Positions 35,747 through 45,302 of a DNA stretch of 64,000 nt are shown one piece after another; within the stretch, counting starts at the first letter, position 1, and the number at the start of each line of letters is the position of its first letter. Under the pieces are notes generated by a model that was not told where the DNA came from, did no database searches, and saw only the letters and a list, made by a program, of their open reading frames with translations. The position numbers and the translations under genes were made by a program. The stretch comes from Oscillospiraceae bacterium. Lineage in GTDB: Bacteria > Bacillota > Clostridia > Oscillospirales > CAG-272. Location of the stretch: positions 23,194 through 87,193 of the forward strand of contig SVTP01000003.1 of assembly GCA_015063725.1 (NCBI GenBank), written 5' to 3'.

Positions 35747-35812
35747 AGGTGATCCTTTCAATTTATAATCAACTGTAATGTAATGCGATAGTCTAAAAAT
35801 TAAGGGGGTGCT

Positions 35813-36286
35813 TTATTTTGTTGTCAGGTCGGCAGTTTTGGCACCGATAAAGGGGATCAGCGCTTCGCGCGAAAGCAAAAGCTGTGCTCCGCGTGTGCCT
35901 GAGCTGACTGTGATCTGTTCAAATTGCAAAGCACTTTCGTCCACATATGTGGGAAAGGCTTTTTTCATTCCGATGGGAGAAACGCCGCCGCGGATGTAGC
36001 CCGTCAGGGCGAGCAGATCCTTGACATGGATCATTTCGATCCTCTTATTTCCCGTAATGGATGCCGCGCGCTTGAGATCGATCTCGGCAGCTACGGGAAT
36101 ACAAAAGACCAGCGGTCCTGTTTTGTCCCCTTTCGCAACGAGTGTTTTGAACATTCTTTCGGGTGGAAAACCGAGCTGTTCGGCAATGTGCATGCCCGAG
36201 AGGTCGTTTTCATCCACCTCGTATTCCAAAATTTGATACGGTATTTTTGCGGCATCAAGACGCCGCATTGCGTTTGTCTTTTGCAT
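35813..36286 (-). CDS. ybaK: Cys-tRNA(Pro)/Cys-tRNA(Cys) deacylase YbaK
   Basis: MQKTNAMRRLDAAKIPYQILEY...FKTLV...TGYIRGGVSPIG. Confidence 0.8.
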   Translation of the reverse strand: MQKTNAMRRLDAAKIPYQILEYEVDENDLSGMHIAEQLGFPPERMFKTLVAKGDKTGPLVFCIPVAAEIDLKRAASITGNKRIEMIHVKDLLALTGYIRGGVSPIGMKKAFPTYVDESALQFEQITVSSGTRGAQLLLSREALIPFIGAKTADLTTK

Positions 36287-36287
36287 A

Positions 36288-37955
36288 TTATCTGTATTCC
36301 TCAATCATTTCGCGTGCGGCGTTCCGTTGTGCTTCGGTGGGGTGGATGCTACCGAGAATACGCGCAATCTCGTCAACACGCGCATCCTCGCCAAGAAGAT
36401 GAACGTCTGTCTCGGCTCTGCCGTCACGCTCCTGCTTGGTAATGCGATAATGGTTGTCGGCAAGAGATGCGATCTGCGCGGAGTGCGTAACACAGATGAC
36501 CTGCGTTCCCCCCTTGGCAGTCTCTCCCAGCTTAATGCCGATCTTGCGCGAGGTCTTTCCCGATACACCGGTATCGATCTCGTCAAAAATGACGGTATCC
36601 ACGCCATCGTGATCGTTCAGAACCGAGCGAAGCGCGAGCATAATGCGGGAAAGCTCACCGCCCGAAGCAATTTTGGAAAGCGGCAAAAGTGGCTCACCCG
36701 GGTTGGTGGCAATCAAAAATTCGATATCGTCGCCGCCGTGCTCACCCAGTGCAGTGGGTACGATGGAGATCTCAAAGCGAACCTTGGGCATATCCAAAAA
36801 TGCAAGTGACTCGGTAACCTGACTGACGATTTCCTTTGCGGCATCGCATCTCTTTTGTCGCAGAATTGCTGCATGCTTCTCTGCCGTTTTGGTAAGAGCT
36901 TTGACCTCTTTTTGCAGCTTTGCAAGGCGCTCGTCAGAGGTCTCCAGAGCTTCCAGACGTGCGGCGGCATCGGCGCGGAACGCCAAGACAGCGGCTACGT
37001 CGGCACCGTACTTGCGCTTGAGCTTTGCAATGCCTTCAAGGCGTCCTTCAATGCGGTCAATGCGTGCGGTGGGGTCCTCGCGATCATCATCCATATAGGA
37101 GCGGACCGTCTCGGCGACGTCTTCAATTTCGGATGCGGCATCACTCAGGCGTTGGCACAGATCATCGGTATTGTCAACAAGACCGTCGAGAGATGCCAAA
37201 AGTGTCTCAGCGCGGCGAATAACGTCATAGGCGTTGCCCTTTTCGGAGTCGCGCAAAAGGCGACAGATGGTGCCGGTTTGCTTATTGATACGCTCCAGAT
37301 TGGAAAGACGGTCACGCTCCTTTTGGAGCACCTCTTCTTCCCCATTCTTGAGCTTCATGGAGTCTATATCTTCGATTTGGTATTTGAGCATTTCAGAGAG
37401 TCGCAGCTTTTCGGCACTGTCCTGCGAGAGTGCTTGCAGCTCGCGGCGACACTTTTTCAGCTCCTCATAGGCGGTAACGTAATTGCCAAGCGCCTCACCT
37501 GAGGTGCCGTAAGCATCGAGCAACTCTCGGTGGCGGCTCTTTTGCAACAGACTTTGGCTATCCGATTGTCCTTGAATACTGATGAGCAGTCGCGCGATCT
37601 CCTTCTGCATCGTTTGCGTAATGATACGACCGTTCAGGCGCGTTTGTGAGCGACCGTCTGCCGTAATAGTACGCGAAAGCATGACTGAGGCATCCTCTAT
37701 GGCAAAGCCCATCTCACGAATGTGCATGACGGCATCGTCGGAAAGCTCCTCAAATACGGCGCTCACGGTGGCACTTTCCTCACCCGAGCGAATGATCTCT
37801 CGCGAGGTGCGGTTGCCAAGGAGCAAATTGATGCTGTCAACGATCATTGATTTGCCCGCGCCCGTCTCACCTGTCAGAGCGGAAAAGCCCCTATAGAGCT
37901 CCAGGTCGGCAGAGCGAATGACCGCAATGTTTTCGATATGTAATGAGGTTAACAT
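36288..37955 (-). CDS. recN: DNA repair protein RecN
   Basis: MLTSLHIENIAVI...LTGETGAGKSMI, a long coiled-coil and a C-terminal ASGGELSRIMLAL...VIFDEIDTGVSG. Confidence 0.9.
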   Translation of the reverse strand: MLTSLHIENIAVIRSADLELYRGFSALTGETGAGKSMIVDSINLLLGNRTSREIIRSGEESATVSAVFEELSDDAVMHIREMGFAIEDASVMLSRTITADGRSQTRLNGRIITQTMQKEIARLLISIQGQSDSQSLLQKSRHRELLDAYGTSGEALGNYVTAYEELKKCRRELQALSQDSAEKLRLSEMLKYQIEDIDSMKLKNGEEEVLQKERDRLSNLERINKQTGTICRLLRDSEKGNAYDVIRRAETLLASLDGLVDNTDDLCQRLSDAASEIEDVAETVRSYMDDDREDPTARIDRIEGRLEGIAKLKRKYGADVAAVLAFRADAAARLEALETSDERLAKLQKEVKALTKTAEKHAAILRQKRCDAAKEIVSQVTESLAFLDMPKVRFEISIVPTALGEHGGDDIEFLIATNPGEPLLPLSKIASGGELSRIMLALRSVLNDHDGVDTVIFDEIDTGVSGKTSRKIGIKLGETAKGGTQVICVTHSAQIASLADNHYRITKQERDGRAETDVHLLGEDARVDEIARILGSIHPTEAQRNAAREMIEEYR

Positions 37956-37963
37956 GTTCTGTT

Positions 37964-38413
37964 TTATTTGATCATACCGCGGAAGCGGTCTACAATTTTG
38001 CGTGCCGCCTCTTCACTGCGGGAAACCAGCAGAATGGTATCATCCCCAGCAACACAACCCAAAATATTTTCCAGATGCATAGCGTCAATGCCGACTGCAA
38101 GTGCATTTGCAAGACCTGCGTGGGTTTTGAGCACGACGATGTTGCAAGCGTAGTCAATATGAATGAGCGCATCGATGAGCGCGGAATTGAACTTCATATT
38201 GGAGGTAGGTGCCGTTTGCTTTGGGAGAACGTAGCGGTAGGTCCCCTTGCCCGTTGTCATTTTAGAAATGTTGAGCTCACGAATATCGCGGGATACCGTT
38301 GCCTGTGTCACCTCAAAGCCGCTCTCGCGCAAGCGCTCGATCAACTCATCCTGTGTGTCTATTTCATATTTGGAGATCAACTCCAGCAATTTTTCTTGAC
38401 GAATTCTTTTCAT
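37964..38413 (-). CDS. argR: arginine repressor
   Basis: 149 aa with QDELIERLRESGFEVTQATVSRDIREL and a C-terminal GCVAGDDTILL. Confidence 0.9.
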   Translation of the reverse strand: MKRIRQEKLLELISKYEIDTQDELIERLRESGFEVTQATVSRDIRELNISKMTTGKGTYRYVLPKQTAPTSNMKFNSALIDALIHIDYACNIVVLKTHAGLANALAVGIDAMHLENILGCVAGDDTILLVSRSEEAARKIVDRFRGMIK

Positions 38414-38424
38414 AACGTTTCTCC

Positions 38425-39303
38425 TTAATCAAGCTGCGTCGATCTCATCTTGGCACGCAAATTGCTGTAAAAACTGCTGGGTGTCAGGCGAATCAGATTG
38501 GTTTTGAGATCGGATTTTGTAATGCGAACCGTTTGGTTGCGGTAAAGCTCAAAGTTCATGCGTCCGTCAACGGTCAGGTAAAGCATCTTTTCCCTCGCGC
38601 AGGTATTTCTGATCTCCAACACGGTGCTATCCGAGAAGATCAAGGGGCGTGCGCCAAAGGAATGGGGGCAGATGGGAGTGACACAGAAACACGGAACTGC
38701 AGGATCGACCACGGCGCCGCCCGCCGACATAGAGTAAGCGGTAGAGCCTGTGGGAGTTGCAATGATCAGACCGTCAGCGCGGTAATTGGCAACGTGCTTG
38801 CCCCCCTGCAAAAGCTCCAGATCGACAATGCGGGAAACAGATCCGTTGGAGATAACGGCATCGTTGAGCGCATAGCAGAAGGATTTGAGATCGTTGCCCG
38901 AAAGCAATTCAACGCGCAGCATAGAACGACGGTCGAGGGTATATTCACCGGTGAAAATGGCATCAATACCGTCAAGTCCCGACATTTCAAGCTCTGCCAT
39001 GTATCCAAGTCTGCCCAAATTGATGCCAAGAATGGGAGTGCCGCGAGTTGCCGCACGGCGTGCCACCTCCAGGATGGTTCCGTCACCGCCCAAAACGATG
39101 ATGACGTCTGCCTCGGAATAAACAGCCTCCAAGGGCATATAGACAAACTCCTCGCGGTGCTTGCCCACGCGCATCAGCTTTTCTTTGTTGAATGCGGCCA
39201 CAAGAATGCGGCAAGGCTTGCCCGCCAAGCGGTCGGCTACCACAAATGCGGCATTTGCCTTTTCGGGAATATTGAAATTGGTGATCAATGCAATTTTAAG
39301 CAC
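38425..39303 (-). CDS. nadK: NAD kinase
   Basis: VIIVLGGDGTIL, GINLGRLGY(M) and IATPTGSTAYSMSAGG. Confidence 0.9.
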   Translation of the reverse strand: MLKIALITNFNIPEKANAAFVVADRLAGKPCRILVAAFNKEKLMRVGKHREEFVYMPLEAVYSEADVIIVLGGDGTILEVARRAATRGTPILGINLGRLGYMAELEMSGLDGIDAIFTGEYTLDRRSMLRVELLSGNDLKSFCYALNDAVISNGSVSRIVDLELLQGGKHVANYRADGLIIATPTGSTAYSMSAGGAVVDPAVPCFCVTPICPHSFGARPLIFSDSTVLEIRNTCAREKMLYLTVDGRMNFELYRNQTVRITKSDLKTNLIRLTPSSFYSNLRAKMRSTQLD

Positions 39304-39325
39304 TGTTATCGCCTCCTCTGATCAA

Positions 39326-40114
39326 TTACTTTGTTGCTACACTAAAAATTTGTTCATCGGTAAGCACCTCGCCACGTTCCTCTTGGCGCACAAGATGCAA
39401 TAAAAATTCACAGTTACCGTCCCCCCCTTGAATGGGTGAAAGAATGAGGGCTACGGGACGAAGCCCAACACTCTCGGCACAAGTGCATACGCGCTTGATT
39501 GCGTCGGCATGTGCCATGGCGTCGCGCACGATGCCGCCCTTGCCGATCATCGCTCTCCCCACTTCAAACTGTGGCTTGACAAGGCAAACTGCCTCGGCAG
39601 TTTCGTTCATAAGTGCGGGATATTGCGGAATGATATAGGTTGCAGAAATAAAGGAAACGTCCATAACGATCAAATCGACACGGGTATTGCCTATGTGCTC
39701 AGGCAAAAGATTGCGCGCGTTCAGTTTTTCAATGGAAATCACTGCGGGATTGGCAAGCAGACTCCCTGCAAGCTGCCCCACGCCTGCATCCACAGCATAG
39801 ACCTTTTTGGCGCCGCGTTGCAAAAGACAATCTGTAAAGCCGCCCGTAGAGGCGCCGATATCCAGTGCTGTCTTGCCGCGCACGTTAATGCCAAAGGCAT
39901 CCAATGCCGCTTCCAGCTTCAGTCCACCGCGACCGACAAAGCGAACCTCGTCGCCCTGCAAAATCTCGACAGTGTGCTCGGTATCATCAATTTGCTGGGA
40001 AGCCTTTTTGACGGTGTGACCGTCAAGAGTGACCTTTCCCGCATCAATCAGCATTTGTGCCTTTTTGCGGCTGGAAACGTATCCTTTTTCGGTTAAAAAG
40101 AGGTCTGCTCTCAT
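39326..40114 (-). CDS. tlyA: TlyA-family rRNA 2'-O-methyltransferase
   Basis: An S4 domain (MRADLFLTEKGYVSSRKKAQ) and FtsJ-type SAM motifs (ALDIGASTGGFTDCLLQRGAKKVYAVD). Confidence 0.85.
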   Translation of the reverse strand: MRADLFLTEKGYVSSRKKAQMLIDAGKVTLDGHTVKKASQQIDDTEHTVEILQGDEVRFVGRGGLKLEAALDAFGINVRGKTALDIGASTGGFTDCLLQRGAKKVYAVDAGVGQLAGSLLANPAVISIEKLNARNLLPEHIGNTRVDLIVMDVSFISATYIIPQYPALMNETAEAVCLVKPQFEVGRAMIGKGGIVRDAMAHADAIKRVCTCAESVGLRPVALILSPIQGGDGNCEFLLHLVRQEERGEVLTDEQIFSVATK

Positions 40115-40620
40115 AAGAAGGAAATATCAAATGCGGGAACAAAAGAAAGTGCGATTGCCGTTATCACACCGGTAATAAAGCCAAAAACGACCTGCAGAGG
40201 TGTGTGACCGATCAGTTCCTTGAAACGGGTGTCAAAGGTGTTTCCGTCAGATTTAAAAAGCTCCTCTATAATGATGTTGAGCGCGCGCGACTGTTTTCCT
40301 GTTTCGCGGCGTACACCCATAGCATCAATCATAACAATGATGGCAAGAACCACCGAAATGGCAAAGACTGCAGAATCAAAGCCTTGTCCTATGGCGCAAG
40401 CAGTGCAAAGCGATGCAACCGTTGCAGTATGTGAGCTGGGCATTCCACCCGTTCCAAAAAACAACGCTTTTAGCGAAAAACGTTGCTCTTTGAAAAAGCC
40501 CGTAAAGATTTTGAGGAACTGTGCCAAAAGCCATGCTGCCATAGCCGAAATAAGGTAGTAGTTCGTAATCAAAGCTTGCATTTTCTTTTTTCCTTCTTCT
40601 TCTTTTTCTTTATTTGTCAC
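40111..40620 (-). CDS. divergent PAP2-family membrane protein (DUF212-like)
   Basis: Polytopic, with GGMPSSHTA and IDAMGVRR motifs. The more likely true start is the ATG at 40581 (MQALITNYY). Confidence 0.65.
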   Translation of the reverse strand: MTNKEKEEEGKKKMQALITNYYLISAMAAWLLAQFLKIFTGFFKEQRFSLKALFFGTGGMPSSHTATVASLCTACAIGQGFDSAVFAISVVLAIIVMIDAMGVRRETGKQSRALNIIIEELFKSDGNTFDTRFKELIGHTPLQVVFGFITGVITAIALSFVPAFDISFL

Positions 40621-41500
40621 GCGTCAAAAGCCACTGCGCCAAGGAGATGAGCGCATCGGAGTCGGGATATTTTTTAAGTGCCGTTACTGCCTCTCTTGTC
40701 AGCTGCTCGGCATAGAACCGCGCTTCTTCTACCGAATAGAAATTCAGAAACGTGTTCTTTTTGCGTTTTTTGTCTCCACCAACGCTTTTGCCGAGCTGTT
40801 CTTCGGTTGCGGTGGCATCGAGAATATCATCAATGATTTGGAATACCAAACCGATGTTTTCGGAGTAAGTGATCACATCGACCATGCAGGGATCATCAAA
40901 GCGGACACCTGCGGCAAGTGCCCCCAGAACGCAGGATGCACCAATGAGCGCACCCGTTTTCAAGGAGTGTAATTTCAGGAGCGATTCGAGTCCAAGCTCA
41001 TTCCCCTCTCCCTCAACGTCCATAACCTGACCGCCGATCATACCGTAACGGCCGACACTGCCTGCAAGATACGCCACAGCCATTGCCGATATCTCGGGAC
41101 CAGCCTCGGTATTGGTAGCTGCCGCCTCAAATGCGCCTGTCAGAAGTGCATCCCCTGCCAGGAGCGCCATACCCTCGCCAAACACCTTGTGATTGCAGGG
41201 CTTGCCACGGCGAAGCTCGTCATCGTCCATGCAAGGAAGATCGTCGTGGATGAGCGAATAGGTATGGATCATTTCCACCGCACAGGCAAACGGAAGTGCC
41301 GCGGCATCCTCGCCGCCAAACAAGCGGCAAAACTCCAGCGTGAGCATAGGGCGAATGCGCTTGCCGCCTGCAAACAGACTGTACCGTTCTGCATCCAAGA
41401 GGGTTCTCAGATCCTCGTCCTCGGTATAATAGGATTTGAGTGCTTGCTCGGTCAGGGTTGCATTGCGATGCATCAAAAGTTCCAATGCCTCGTCTATCAT
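40610..41500 (-). CDS. ispA: (2E,6E)-farnesyl/geranylgeranyl diphosphate synthase
   Basis: The two Asp-rich motifs LIHDDLPCMDDD and FQIIDDILD. Confidence 0.85.
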   Translation of the reverse strand: MIDEALELLMHRNATLTEQALKSYYTEDEDLRTLLDAERYSLFAGGKRIRPMLTLEFCRLFGGEDAAALPFACAVEMIHTYSLIHDDLPCMDDDELRRGKPCNHKVFGEGMALLAGDALLTGAFEAAATNTEAGPEISAMAVAYLAGSVGRYGMIGGQVMDVEGEGNELGLESLLKLHSLKTGALIGASCVLGALAAGVRFDDPCMVDVITYSENIGLVFQIIDDILDATATEEQLGKSVGGDKKRKKNTFLNFYSVEEARFYAEQLTREAVTALKKYPDSDALISLAQWLLTRDK

Positions 41501-41736
41501 GCCTTTTCTCCCTTGCCATCAAAATCAGCAAGCACAATGCCATCCTCATGCATTTGCAAAACCTTTACGCTTTGCTCGGCTGCTTCCAGCTTTTGCGTGC
41601 AGAGGCGGATGAGAGAGACGCCCTCCTCATAGAGCTTGAGCGAGTCATCCAATCCCTCGGCTCCCGATTCCAAAAGTCGGGATATCTCCTCAAGGCGTTC
41701 CATTGCCGCCTCAAAGGTTATCGTTTTCTTTGTCAT
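41497..41736 (-). CDS. xseB: exodeoxyribonuclease VII small subunit
   Basis: 79 aa with FEAAMERLEEISRLLE. It overlaps xseA and ispA at both ends. Confidence 0.85.
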   Translation of the reverse strand: MTKKTITFEAAMERLEEISRLLESGAEGLDDSLKLYEEGVSLIRLCTQKLEAAEQSVKVLQMHEDGIVLADFDGKGEKA

Positions 41737-42947
41737 TGTTCTGTATCCTTTCGTTGCGACACTGTGGCGCGAACGGAGCCGTCCGCCATTCGGATATCCA
41801 GCGTGTCGTTATCGTTGATCTGCTTTATGCTCGTAATTGAGATACCCTCGCGGCTGACGGTTGCATAGCCACGCGAGAGAATGGACAAGGGATTGAGTGC
41901 CTGCAATTTGCCTGCAAGGGCTGCGGTACTCTGCCGTTTTTGCAAAAGCGTTTGCCCCACGGCGCGCGTCAACTCGGCTTCTCCTTCATCCAAGCGTTGA
42001 CGGAAGCCATCAAGCATTTGTTCGGGGCGACTGAACACGCGTGACTGCGTGATCTGATTGAGCATTCGTCTCTCTTGAACGATCAACTTTTGCATAGACG
42101 TTTGCAATCCCGCACGCACAGATGCAAGACCGCGCAAAATCTCTCCCATATCGGGAACGGCGATTTCAGCCGCTGCTGAGGGTGTGGGAGCACGACGGTC
42201 TGCCACAAAATCGCAAATGGTGAAGTCACTCTCGTGTCCGACTGCCGAAATGACGGGAATCGAACAGGATGCAACTGCCCTTGCCAGATATTCATCGTTG
42301 AACGCCCAAAGATCCTCGGCGGAGCCTCCTCCGCGACCGAGAATAATGACGTCAACAAGCCCTGTCATGGAGAAAAATTCCACACCAGAGATAAGCTGCG
42401 CAGGGGCTTGTGTGCCCTGCACCTCGCTGGGGTAAAGAATCATCTCCGCTGCAGGAAAGCGGCGCCCGAGCACGTTGATAATGTCATGCACTGCCGCGCC
42501 CGAGGGCGAGGTAATGACACCGATGCGCCGCGGCATGGGCGGCAAGGGGCGCTTGCGGGATTCGTCAAACAAGCCCTCGGCTGCAAGCTTGCGTTTGAGT
42601 TGCTCAAAGCGCATCGCCAAGGATCCCGCTCCGTCGGGTTGCAGGTCGTCTACGTAAAGCTGATACTGTCCGCTGCTCTCATACACCGAAACACGTCCGT
42701 GCGCGATGACGCGCATACCGTCCTCGGGAAGAAAAGCCATGCGGGAAAAATAAGAGCGAAACATGACGGACTTAAGCTGCCCTGCATCATCCTTGAGGGT
42801 GAAGTAGGCATGCCCCGACGAATAAAGCTTGAAATTGGATATTTCGCCGCGCACAAATACGCTGGAGAGCACGCGATCGCCATCAAGAAGCATCTTCAAG
42901 TATTCGTTGAGCTGTGTGACCGACAGCGTTTGTCTTTCCGTTTGCAT
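41733..42947 (-). CDS. xseA: exodeoxyribonuclease VII large subunit
   Basis: LSVTQLNEYLK...VRGEISNFK...SGHAYFTLKD and RGGGSAEDLWAFN. Confidence 0.9.
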   Translation of the reverse strand: MQTERQTLSVTQLNEYLKMLLDGDRVLSSVFVRGEISNFKLYSSGHAYFTLKDDAGQLKSVMFRSYFSRMAFLPEDGMRVIAHGRVSVYESSGQYQLYVDDLQPDGAGSLAMRFEQLKRKLAAEGLFDESRKRPLPPMPRRIGVITSPSGAAVHDIINVLGRRFPAAEMILYPSEVQGTQAPAQLISGVEFFSMTGLVDVIILGRGGGSAEDLWAFNDEYLARAVASCSIPVISAVGHESDFTICDFVADRRAPTPSAAAEIAVPDMGEILRGLASVRAGLQTSMQKLIVQERRMLNQITQSRVFSRPEQMLDGFRQRLDEGEAELTRAVGQTLLQKRQSTAALAGKLQALNPLSILSRGYATVSREGISITSIKQINDNDTLDIRMADGSVRATVSQRKDTEQ

Positions 42948-42962
42948 TGTGCGCTCCTTTCA

Positions 42963-43910
42963 TCAAATTTTAAGGAATTGTTTGCGGCAAAGCAAAGCGA
43001 TACCTGCCGCGTTATCTGCCGAGAATTGCGGTTCGGCAAAATAGGTGTTCTTCCGCTCGCCAAGACGGGCTTGCAGATAGCGGTTGCTCATCACGCCGCC
43101 GGCGTATACGATTGGGAGTGAGGGGATGCGTGCATCCAGCTCCCCTGTCATCGCCACAAGTGTGTCACCAATGAATTGCAGAGTAAACGCGGCTACCAGA
43201 GCGGCATCGCCACTCTCCTGCCACAACTTGGCTGCCATATTTTCCAGTCCCGAAAGATTGCAGTAGCCGTCCTTGACGGAAATACGCGACTTCGGGATTT
43301 TTTTTGTATTCTTTTCTGCGAGCTTTTCCAGCTCCTTGCCGCAGGGAAAATCAAGACCAAGCATCACACCGATGCGGTCAATGGCTTGTCCTGCGTTGAT
43401 GTCGGCAGTCGCCGAAAAAAGTTCAATATCAAATCCGCGTGGATGCGGCGTGGCAAGAAGGACCTCGGTCGTTCCTCCCGACACGTGAAACGCTGCAAAG
43501 CGCTCGGCATCAAGCAGGTGCATCGCCCCTGCCGAGTAAGCCGCCGCCATAATGTGCCCTTCCTGATGCGAGAAGCGCAAAAGCGGAATGTGTGCAGCCG
43601 CGGCAAAGCTTTGTGCCGCAGCAATTCCCGAAAGGAAGCACGGCATATAGGAGCCCTCAAGCGGTCTTGGCGTAGCGGATACGCCAACGGCTACGGGTTT
43701 CATCCCTTGCAGGCTTTCTGCAAGGCGCTCCATCAGCTGTGGCAGATTTTTGACGTGTGCAAAAACCGCATCGCTTTGGCGTAGCCCGCACTCGCCCGCC
43801 TTTACGGGAAGTGGCAGTTTGAGGTTGGCAACAATCTCTCCGTCTTTGGTACAGATCGCCGCCGAGGTGGTATAGTTACTGGTATCGATGCCAACAAAGC
43901 ATTCGGTCAT
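42963..43910 (-). CDS. Kae1/TsaD (peptidase M22)-family protein
   Basis: GIDTSNYTTSAAI...HQEGH...VSGGTTE...YAGGVMSN, an ASKHA fold of the TsaD/TsaB clade. Confidence 0.6.
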   Translation of the reverse strand: MTECFVGIDTSNYTTSAAICTKDGEIVANLKLPLPVKAGECGLRQSDAVFAHVKNLPQLMERLAESLQGMKPVAVGVSATPRPLEGSYMPCFLSGIAAAQSFAAAAHIPLLRFSHQEGHIMAAAYSAGAMHLLDAERFAAFHVSGGTTEVLLATPHPRGFDIELFSATADINAGQAIDRIGVMLGLDFPCGKELEKLAEKNTKKIPKSRISVKDGYCNLSGLENMAAKLWQESGDAALVAAFTLQFIGDTLVAMTGELDARIPSLPIVYAGGVMSNRYLQARLGERKNTYFAEPQFSADNAAGIALLCRKQFLKI

Positions 43911-44326
43911 TTTGCAGCTTCTTCCAATTCTGTTTTCGCACCGTGCAAAACACCGTTGACAAAGGTGCGCATTTTGGGATCGTCATAGGTCTTGACAAGC
44001 TCGATTGCCTCGTTGATGGAGACTGCCGCGGGGATATCGTCCATGTATTTCATTTCAAAGATGCAGAGGCGAATTGCACTGCGGGATATGGGGGTGATGC
44101 GGCTCGGCTTCCAGCCGTTGGCATGGCGCGCCATGATCTCGTCAATTTCGGCAAGATGTTCTCTTACACCAAAATAGACGCGGCGGATGTAGGCATCCTC
44201 AACGAACTCGCGATCCTCTTGCGAGAGCGCATAGATCTCCTCGGGGGATGCTTCGGTATGAAATTCGGTCTCAAAGAGCAGGTGAAAAACCTGGGCTCTT
44301 GCTTCTTTTCTTGTAATTGCTGCCAT
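43907..44326 (-). CDS. nusB: transcription antitermination factor NusB
   Basis: MAAITRKEARAQVFHLLFE...INEAIELVKTYDD...FVNGVL. I chose the ATG at 44326. Confidence 0.85.
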   Translation of the reverse strand: MAAITRKEARAQVFHLLFETEFHTEASPEEIYALSQEDREFVEDAYIRRVYFGVREHLAEIDEIMARHANGWKPSRITPISRSAIRLCIFEMKYMDDIPAAVSINEAIELVKTYDDPKMRTFVNGVLHGAKTELEEAAK

Positions 44327-44509
44327 TGCTTGCAATTCCTTTCTCCCATTTGGGCACGTCATATCAAAAAGGGCTCAATACCACATAATAACCCATCTTA
44401 TATTATTATACAATATATTTTTAAAATGTCAACACAAAAAATGAATATTCTTTGATTTTTATGCATAAATTGCTTTGCAAAATTGGATGTTGGAGGAAAA
44501 AACGAATCG

Positions 44510-45232
44510 ATGAAGCCCGTATTCTGTTGGCGTTTTTTGGCTTTTTTGCTTTTTTTGAGTATTCTGTTTGCCATTTTGTTCGTGTTAGCCGAGAAAACGC
44601 GCCCCAAAAATGAGCTTGGTGTTGTGAATAAGGACAGCAATTCCCTACCCAAAACCGTCATTTTGGATGCCGGTCACGGCGGCGAGGATGGCGGCGCTTC
44701 GAGTGCGGACGGACTCCTTGAAAAAGACCTCAACCTTGCCCTCGCTCTTGCGATGCGCGACATTCTCGAGGCAAACGGTGTAAAGGTCATTTTAACACGT
44801 GACACTGACACACTCCTTTATGATAGGAACGTGGACTTTCAAGGGCGCAAAAAGATGCTGGACATGGCGGCTCGCCTCAAAATTGCAAATAATGCGCCCA
44901 ATGCTATTTTTGTCAGCCTGCATATGAACACCTATCCACATCCATCATGCCAAGGGGTGCAGGTTTGGTATTCGGAAAACAATAGCACCTCGGAAGAGAT
45001 TGCCAAAACCATCCATAAAAGCGTGCAAGAACTCCTGCAACCCGACAATGACAGACCTGTCAAGCGGAGCGGCAGCAGTATTTATCTGCTGCACCATCTT
45101 GCTTGCCCTGCGGTGCTTGTGGAATGCGGATTTCTTTCCAGCCCCGAGGAAGCGGCACTCCTTGGCGATGAAAATTACCGTCAACAGTTGGCACTAACAC
45201 TTTGCATGGGAATTTTGCGCGCAATTGCATAA
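44510..45232 (+). CDS. cwlD: N-acetylmuramoyl-L-alanine amidase, CwlD-like
   Basis: Signal/TM segment, then ILDAGHGGEDGGA, SLHMN and VLVECGFLS. An alternative upstream start at 44483 is possible. Confidence 0.7.
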   Translation: MKPVFCWRFLAFLLFLSILFAILFVLAEKTRPKNELGVVNKDSNSLPKTVILDAGHGGEDGGASSADGLLEKDLNLALALAMRDILEANGVKVILTRDTDTLLYDRNVDFQGRKKMLDMAARLKIANNAPNAIFVSLHMNTYPHPSCQGVQVWYSENNSTSEEIAKTIHKSVQELLQPDNDRPVKRSGSSIYLLHHLACPAVLVECGFLSSPEEAALLGDENYRQQLALTLCMGILRAIA

Positions 45233-45302
45233 AACCTCTTGCAAAAATCCTGCAAATGCGGTATAATGGTGGTAAGTACGAAAAGAAAGGTCTGATTGCA
45301 AA